Shown here piece by piece: positions 58,440 through 64,000 of a DNA stretch of 64,000 bases. The notes under the pieces were generated by a model. That model was not told the origin of the DNA. It was given only the letters and a program-made list of their open reading frames with translations, and ran no database searches. The stretch's first letter is position 1. Each line of letters opens with the position of its first letter. The stretch comes from Candidatus Omnitrophota bacterium (lineage in GTDB: Bacteria > Omnitrophota > Gorgyraeia > Gygaellales > Profunditerraquicolaceae), in contig JAOAET010000051.1 of NCBI GenBank assembly GCA_026416665.1, forward strand, positions 11,800 to 75,799, given 5' to 3'. The position numbers were made by a program, and so were the translations under genes.

Positions 58440-59894
58440 TTAATTTTTACCTTCTTGAATAGGCCTTAAGAGTGGGAACAAAATTACGTCTCTAATAGAC
58501 GCCTGATTAGTCAAAAGCATAACTAAACGGTCAATACCTATGCCCAGACCACCAGCAGGAGGCATACCATGTTCAAGGGCAATGATATAATCAAGGTCTA
58601 TTGTTTTCTCCTTTGCCTCTGGGTCGTTCTGTAACTCTTCTTCAAACCTGCGTTTTTGCTCAATAGGGTCGTTTAATTCTGAATAGGCATTGGCTACCTC
58701 CATACCTGCCATAAACAATTCAAAACGTTCGGTTAGAAGTGGGTTATCTGGTTTAGTCTTGGCTAAAGGACAAAGCACAGTGTAATAATCCGTCACAAAC
58801 ACAGGGTTTGTTTCCATATCTTTTTCCAGCGTCTCTTCAATTACTTTATTGATTTGGCTGCGCGTTAAACGGTCTTTATCTTGAGCAAAGCCTGCTTTTT
58901 TCAGTTTATCAAGCATCTGAGAATGGCTGTCCTGAGGTTCAATTCCAAACTTAAGCTTGACTAACTGGGCAAAAGAAACTCTTTTCCACGGAGGAGTAAG
59001 GTCTAAGGTTTTCCCCTGATAATTAAATTGCAGTGTCCCAAATATCTGCTGTGCCACACTTACAATCATACTTTCACAAAGATGCATCATACTGTCCATA
59101 GTGGCATAAGCAGCATAAACCTCAAGCATCGTAAACTCTGGATTGTGTTTAATGGATACCCCTTCGTTTCTAAACGAACGATTTATTTCAAAAACACGGT
59201 CAAAACCTCCTACTAGCAACCTCTTTAAATATAATTCAGGGGCTATCCTTAAAAATAAATCTATATCATATTCATTATGGTGTGTCTTAAATGGTCTACC
59301 CGTGGCACCACCAGGTATAGGATGCATCATTGGTGTTTCCACTTCTAAGAATCCTTTCTCTTGTAAATAATTTCTTATTGCGCTGGTAATCTGTGACCTA
59401 AGCATAAAAACATTTTTTACTTCTTCGTTTGCAATTAGGTCAAGATACCTCTGACGGTAGCGCGCCTCTATATCTTTTAGACCGTGCCACTTCTCGGGTA
59501 AAGGCCTTAACGCCTTAGAAAGAACAACAAAGGTTTCAACTTGAATAGTGATTTCTCCGGTGTGAGTTTTAAATAACTGTCCTTCTACACCAATGAAATC
59601 CGCAATTTCTATGTTCTCCAATAGCTTAAATCTCTCTGCACCAATAAAATCCGCTTTAACATAAAGTTGGATTTTACCTGTAGAATCTCGCAGGTCCAAA
59701 AAGATAACCTTACCGTGTAGGCGCTTAGCCATAACCCTACCGCAGGCTTGGACTTTTTTACCCTCTTGGAAATGAGTAATAATTATGCCTATGTCTAAAC
59801 GGTGAGGTAACGGCCGATCAAATACCGCAACTTTTGCTTCTTCAAGTGCTTTACGTTTATTTAGTCGTTGTTGAATAATTTCTTCTAGTTCCAT
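58440..59894 (-). CDS. lysS: Lysyl-tRNA synthetase (class II)
   Basis: N-terminal OB fold and class II motifs 'FRNEG' and 'GGLGIGIDRLVMLL'. Confidence 0.9.
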   Translation of the reverse strand: MELEEIIQQRLNKRKALEEAKVAVFDRPLPHRLDIGIIITHFQEGKKVQACGRVMAKRLHGKVIFLDLRDSTGKIQLYVKADFIGAERFKLLENIEIADFIGVEGQLFKTHTGEITIQVETFVVLSKALRPLPEKWHGLKDIEARYRQRYLDLIANEEVKNVFMLRSQITSAIRNYLQEKGFLEVETPMMHPIPGGATGRPFKTHHNEYDIDLFLRIAPELYLKRLLVGGFDRVFEINRSFRNEGVSIKHNPEFTMLEVYAAYATMDSMMHLCESMIVSVAQQIFGTLQFNYQGKTLDLTPPWKRVSFAQLVKLKFGIEPQDSHSQMLDKLKKAGFAQDKDRLTRSQINKVIEETLEKDMETNPVFVTDYYTVLCPLAKTKPDNPLLTERFELFMAGMEVANAYSELNDPIEQKRRFEEELQNDPEAKEKTIDLDYIIALEHGMPPAGGLGIGIDRLVMLLTNQASIRDVILFPLLRPIQEGKN

Positions 59895-59961
59895 AGATGA
59901 TATATTATAAAGGATATTGGAAAGGGTGTCAATTGAAGAAAGCTAATGGCTTTACTTAATC

Positions 59962-59990
59962 TTGTCTAAAAAGTTAAAATGCGCTATAAT
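59962..59990 (+). promoter_or_regulatory. Sigma70 promoter (TTGTCT-17-TATAAT) upstream of the 60020 ORF
   Basis: TTGTCT at 59962..59967, a 17-nt spacer and TATAAT at 59985..59990. An AAGGAG RBS lies 7 nt before the GTG start at 60020. Confidence 0.55.
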
Positions 59991-60019
59991 TAAAAAGTAT
60001 GATTTAAAAGGAGTTTCTA

Positions 60020-60586
60020 GTGTCAAGGAAAAGAGTAATTACTATCTGCCTATTTTTTATCCTGAGCTATTTTAGTTTAGGTTCTTTTTATACCTATCCT
60101 AACCAAACACAAAACAAAAGCAAAGTAAAAGAAAGATTTCTGTGGTTTAGTTTAAAGAAGGATAAAAAAGATGCACCTAATTTATGGCATAACATCAATC
60201 TTTCTCTGGAACAAAAGGCCGCTTTAGATAAACAACGTCAGATTACTCAGCAGAAAAAAGAAAATCTTATCCAGCTGCTTAAAGAAAAATATGAGCAGTT
60301 GAATTTAGAGCTAAAAAATACTAAACTAGACAAAAGAAAGATGCAAGCATTTTCTTCTGATATTAAAAGGATACACGGACAAATAACTGATTTGCGTCTA
60401 CAAATCTTACTTTTTGTTAAAGACACCCTCAACAAAGAGCAATTTTCACTTTTTATGGCTAATTTAGAACGATATTCTCTAACGAATCCCAAGAAAACAA
60501 AAATTTCTCCCTCATCTGGGAAAGAATTCACACCTGCTTTTTGTCTAATACCATTATTGGAACTACCTATAGAAGAATTGCTTTAA
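60020..60586 (+). CDS. Exported coiled-coil hypothetical protein (possibly Spy/CpxP- or Skp-like periplasmic protein)
   Basis: GTG start with a strong RBS and promoter. Signal peptide 'ITICLFFILSYFSLGSF' and a heptad-rich Lys/Gln/Glu-rich body. No catalytic motifs. Confidence 0.5.
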   Translation: MSRKRVITICLFFILSYFSLGSFYTYPNQTQNKSKVKERFLWFSLKKDKKDAPNLWHNINLSLEQKAALDKQRQITQQKKENLIQLLKEKYEQLNLELKNTKLDKRKMQAFSSDIKRIHGQITDLRLQILLFVKDTLNKEQFSLFMANLERYSLTNPKKTKISPSSGKEFTPAFCLIPLLELPIEELL

Positions 60587-60821
60587 AAGTTTTACAACTA
60601 ACCTTACTCTCTCACCACCAAGCAATTACCAATATAAAAATGAACCTCTAATTTTACTAATTACCGAAAAAATTTGCGGGAGTTTTGCACTCTGTTTTTA
60701 GAGAATACACATATCAGATAATCATTGCCCAGAGAAAAAAAGAAGGAAAATTAAGTTTAAGTTAATCTGGGTATAATATTAAAGAGGGACAAAATATTAT
60801 CTTCAATATTAAAATGTTGGA

Positions 60822-61448
60822 CTACTTCTTACCTTCTGCTGATAAATCTTTTTTCTGGAAGAAAAAATTAAATATCTTCTTTACAAACTTAAAGAGCATC
60901 CAAATAAGCAGAATAGTAAAAGCAATTAGAATAAGCACAATAATGGTAGCAATAATGGGATGGCGAGCAACAAAATATAAAATTGCTAATACAAGAGCAT
61001 CTTCACCAGTTGAGGTAGCAATGTTTGACACCGGCTCAGGAGAGGTATTAATTGCTACACGAGCAGTTGCCTTTGCTACATGTGCCTCTAATGCTGCACC
61101 TCCACAAAGTATAGCTACAGGAAGCTGAACCACTGGTCCTACCCCTGCAGTAGCCAGATACCCTAAAGCTGCACCACCTATTGGCCGAATAAAAGTATGG
61201 ATGCTATCCCAGATTGAATCAACATAGGGAATTTTATCTGTAATAAATTCTACTACTGCTAACAAAGTTGCTACTATTATAACCAGAGGATTGGCAAAAA
61301 CAGAACTATCTGCAGGTAAAGTTAACAAATGCATCCTGTGCATTATACCAAGGCCTGCGATAGTAGCATAAAGGCGAATTCCCGAAGCCCAAGAACCGCC
61401 TAATAAAACTGCTAAGATTCCTGCAAAATCCATATCTGCTGTGCTCAC
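60822..61448 (-). CDS. Integral membrane protein of unknown function (possibly DUF4126-like)
   Basis: Four or five hydrophobic helices rich in Gly/Ala ('GILAVLLGGSWASGIRLYATIAGLGI'). Preferred over the overlapping plus-strand ORF 60814..61128. Confidence 0.5.
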   Translation of the reverse strand: MSTADMDFAGILAVLLGGSWASGIRLYATIAGLGIMHRMHLLTLPADSSVFANPLVIIVATLLAVVEFITDKIPYVDSIWDSIHTFIRPIGGAALGYLATAGVGPVVQLPVAILCGGAALEAHVAKATARVAINTSPEPVSNIATSTGEDALVLAILYFVARHPIIATIIVLILIAFTILLIWMLFKFVKKIFNFFFQKKDLSAEGKK

Positions 61449-61547
61449 TTTATGTTACTTTCATCAAAAAATTGTAACTGTTTTAATCTCAGCTTATTAT
61501 TAACCTGGTATGAAAAATACTTTAAAGACTTAATTAGGTGTATGGGT

Positions 61548-62324
61548 CTAGCTTAATTCTCGGATAATCTTGTCTGCGACAGACTTACCTGCAAGAAGCA
61601 TACCACCGAATATTGGACCCATACGGGGACCTCCAAATACTGCGTTTGCACACATACCACAGACATAAAGCCCAGGACAAACTTTTCGCGAGTGTTTAAC
61701 TATTATTTCTTCGGCGGCGTGCGCCCACATTGGGCCCTCTCCTACTAAACTACCTGTTTTAGTAGCCAATTTAATTGCAGATTTTTTAGCTACAATAGAA
61801 CAAACTTCCGCAGCATGGCCAGTAGCATCTACCACAAATTTGGCACGCACTGTTAAAGGGTCTACATGCAAATTAGCTATTTCTACCGCAGTCCAGTTTA
61901 GAACTAAACCACAGACTCTATTGTTACGCACCAGAACATCCTCTGCACTTATCAAATTAAAAATACGTACCCCTGCATGCACACAAGCAGAGCCGATACT
62001 GGTTACTGCATCAATAGAATCAGCTAAATAATAGCCTTGTTTATATGGTTTGGTTTTTACCCTAAACTCATCTAATATCTTCTTTGCCTGGGTTTGCACA
62101 ACAATTTCATTAAACATCATACCACCGCCCCACATCCCTCCACCAATTGAGAGTTTACGTTCAAATAAAACTACTTTTTTCCCTGCTTTTGCTAAATAAT
62201 AACCACAGACCATCCCTGATGGTCCTGCACCAACAATAGCCACATCGCTTTCTAGAGAATCCTTTAGTTTCTGTGTATAAGATGAAATAATTGCATTTGA
62301 TATTTCTATTTCATCAAGATACAT
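61548..62324 (-). CDS. thi4: Thi4-family thiazole synthase (sulfide-dependent ADP-thiazole synthase type)
   Basis: 'DVAIVGAGPSGMVCGYYLAKAGKKVVLFERKLSIGGGMWGGGMMFNEIVVQ' is the Thi4 FAD/NAD-binding signature. A glycine-rich tail is present. Confidence 0.8.
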   Translation of the reverse strand: MYLDEIEISNAIISSYTQKLKDSLESDVAIVGAGPSGMVCGYYLAKAGKKVVLFERKLSIGGGMWGGGMMFNEIVVQTQAKKILDEFRVKTKPYKQGYYLADSIDAVTSIGSACVHAGVRIFNLISAEDVLVRNNRVCGLVLNWTAVEIANLHVDPLTVRAKFVVDATGHAAEVCSIVAKKSAIKLATKTGSLVGEGPMWAHAAEEIIVKHSRKVCPGLYVCGMCANAVFGGPRMGPIFGGMLLAGKSVADKIIRELS

Positions 62325-62380
62325 TTTATCCTCCAGTTATGTTTTTATGATGAACTATATTTTTATTAAAGTTTATCTAT

Positions 62381-63148
62381 CTAAAATATTTCTAATGTTT
62401 TTGTCTGAACCCATCCTGTCTTATTATCTTGTCTTCTTATTTTAACCCAGTTATCTTTTTTGTCTATTATTTTTACTTTCATACCTTCATAAAGAGCAAA
62501 ATATTCTGTTGCTGAAACGATAGGCTCAAAACGAGCTGAGGTCTTCTCTACTATAACTACTGCCTGTTGATTAATACTTCTTTTACTGTTTAACAGCGCT
62601 AACAAGCAGATAACCTCTAGAAGTAAAGTGAAGGTTATTATAAAACCAATATACACACGCAAAGAGGTATTAAATCTAAAGCAGACAACTAAAGTAAGGA
62701 AAATAATAAATAAGATCGAAATTAAAATAGAAAGTGTATCAATACTGAACCTTTCGTTCACAGCCTCAATTAGTCTTGTTACAATGTTTCCAGAAACTTT
62801 CGGCAAATTGCCCTCAACAAAGGAGAGAACATATCTGTAATTATAATCTAAATCTTTATCATTTGGGATGAGTTGTTTTGCTTTCTCATAATTTAAGATG
62901 GCCTTACCCCACATACGTTTTTTGGCATAACAATTACCTAAATTATAGTAGAGATTACCGCTTTCAAGACCTTGTGCAAGTATCCGCTCATAAATGCGAA
63001 TTGCCTCATCGTAATTCTGCTGTTCATAATAAAGGTTTGCTCGTAAAAATAATGAATCGGCATTCTCTTGATTTGCCCAAACTAAGAAGGCACTGTTAAT
63101 AATAACTGCCGACAACCAAAATATCTTTTTAATTTCTTTATGTCTCAT
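62381..63148 (-). CDS. TPR + TM + C-terminal SH3b-like domain protein (BatE-like)
   Basis: Signal peptide, two TPR repeats, a TM helix and a C-terminal 'KDNWVKIRRQDNKTGWV' SH3b-like motif. Overlaps the upstream BatD-like gene by 4 nt. Confidence 0.55.
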   Translation of the reverse strand: MRHKEIKKIFWLSAVIINSAFLVWANQENADSLFLRANLYYEQQNYDEAIRIYERILAQGLESGNLYYNLGNCYAKKRMWGKAILNYEKAKQLIPNDKDLDYNYRYVLSFVEGNLPKVSGNIVTRLIEAVNERFSIDTLSILISILFIIFLTLVVCFRFNTSLRVYIGFIITFTLLLEVICLLALLNSKRSINQQAVVIVEKTSARFEPIVSATEYFALYEGMKVKIIDKKDNWVKIRRQDNKTGWVQTKTLEIF

Positions 63149-64000
63149 CTCTTTGCTTCAAAATAGGTAATAATTTCTTTAAGTTGTTTTAATAAATCTT
63201 GCATATGTTCAGAATTGGCCTCTAAAGGTGCATAACGCACTTTCTCACACTGCTCATAAATATTTCTTATTTTTGCTAAAATTTCCTGTGTAATACCATT
63301 TTGTAAAGCAAAACTCTCAAAGATATCTAAAGTTAAACTTGCTGCCTTTAAATGGAAACGGTCAGCAAGATATTCTCTGAGGGTATTAAAAATAGCATCA
63401 AAGAACTGCTGATTCTGTCTCTTACGAACATAGGCTTCTAATTCTTTTATTCTACGGCGTGCCCTTAAAGGTGCCTGTAAACGCCGGGCAAATTGTTCAT
63501 CTTGACTTAAACGTTGCCTAAAGGAAAGCAAGATAAAAGTAATTACAAAAGAAATAAAAATAATAATATTAAATAGCCAGTAACCAAAAGTCTGGTATAA
63601 ATATAAACCTCTTTTTCTCCATTTACCTGAAGAAGTTTTAATATAAAGTATATCTTTACCCAGTGTCTCCTGTTTTTTTATCTGAGGTTCAGGGACATTT
63701 GCGTCAACGACTTGGACTTTCTGTTCCTCTGATTTTAAAACTGTAATAGGTATAGCAGGATTACGAATTTCTTGATAGGTTTGGGTTCGTGGGTTAAAGA
63801 AACTAAAGGTAATCTCAGGGAGGTTGGTCACTCTCTCAGATAAAGGAATAAAAACCTGCTCAAATATCTTTGAATCTTTTTCTTTTCTAACTTGGGGTGG
63901 ATAAACTTTAAAACCCTCTTCTGAGACAGGTTGTGGTGCTTTTACTGTATCTAAATTTCCTTCACCTTTGACAACGATAGTAACCGTTATAGGGTCACCT
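63145..64000 (-). CDS. BatD-like protein, partial (N-terminus beyond the right window edge)
   Basis: The frame stays open upstream of the ORF-track start (GTG at 63831) to the window end (…GDPITVTIVVKGEGNLDTVKAPQPVSEEGFKVYPPQVRKEKDSKIFEQVFIPLSERV…). It has the C-terminal single TM helix and basic cytoplasmic tail typical of BatD. Confidence 0.5.
   Translation of the reverse strand, partial: GDPITVTIVVKGEGNLDTVKAPQPVSEEGFKVYPPQVRKEKDSKIFEQVFIPLSERVTNLPEITFSFFNPRTQTYQEIRNPAIPITVLKSEEQKVQVVDANVPEPQIKKQETLGKDILYIKTSSGKWRKRGLYLYQTFGYWLFNIIIFISFVITFILLSFRQRLSQDEQFARRLQAPLRARRRIKELEAYVRKRQNQQFFDAIFNTLREYLADRFHLKAASLTLDIFESFALQNGITQEILAKIRNIYEQCEKVRYAPLEANSEHMQDLLKQLKEIITYFEAKR

Noticed and set aside
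60814-61128. 104-aa plus-strand ORF overlapping the membrane-protein gene at 60822..61448
   Set aside because: The minus-strand frame encodes a coherent multi-helix membrane protein. The plus-strand product is basic and low-complexity and begins inside the other gene.
1-64000. CRISPR arrays, restriction–modification or other recognisable phage-defence loci
   Set aside because: No regularly spaced direct repeats and no Cas, methyltransferase/endonuclease or toxin–antitoxin signatures were seen. The PIN/TRAM gene is the conserved housekeeping YacL-type protein in its canonical radA–ispD context, not a TA toxin.

Overview
This 64 kb window is low-GC (roughly 35% by eye), bacterial and densely coding. 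About 58 of 63 genes lie on the minus strand. Gene content indicates a diderm organism with anaerobic metabolism. Diderm evidence: LptF/LptG, LolCD, MlaFED, a PagL-like lipid A deacylase and an AsmA-like protein. Anaerobe evidence: class I Fe-S fumarase, Thi4-type thiazole synthase, radical SAM enzymes and BatD/BatE-like genes. Gene order nevertheless mirrors two Firmicute-type arrays: mcsA-mcsB-clpC-[mlaEFD]-radA-yacL-ispD-ispF-cysE-cysS, and tmk-holB-ricT ... metG-tatD. RNA genes are tRNA-His, tRNA-Arg(TCT) and tRNA-Pro(TGG) on the minus strand, tRNA-Leu(CAG) on the plus strand with a textbook sigma70 promoter, and a minus-strand tmRNA (ssrA) next to smpB. No CRISPR array, intact IS element or prophage was seen. 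The most unusual part is a tight minus-strand cluster at 471..7562. It encodes a membrane alpha/beta hydrolase ATGA-coupled to a tri-domain acyl-AMP ligase–ACP–PlsC acyltransferase fusion. Next come an exported isoaspartyl methyltransferase (PIMT)–M28 aminopeptidase fusion, an exported SagB-type nitroreductase and a PflX-like radical SAM enzyme. Together these look like an undescribed envelope lipid and protein repair or modification module. Other oddities are a Maf–M48 metalloprotease fusion, a split fumarase with an inserted secreted ORF, a tmRNA tag with a non-canonical C-terminus, and an IS1595-type transposase remnant beside tRNA-His. All calls rest on motif recognition by eye; no database searches were run.
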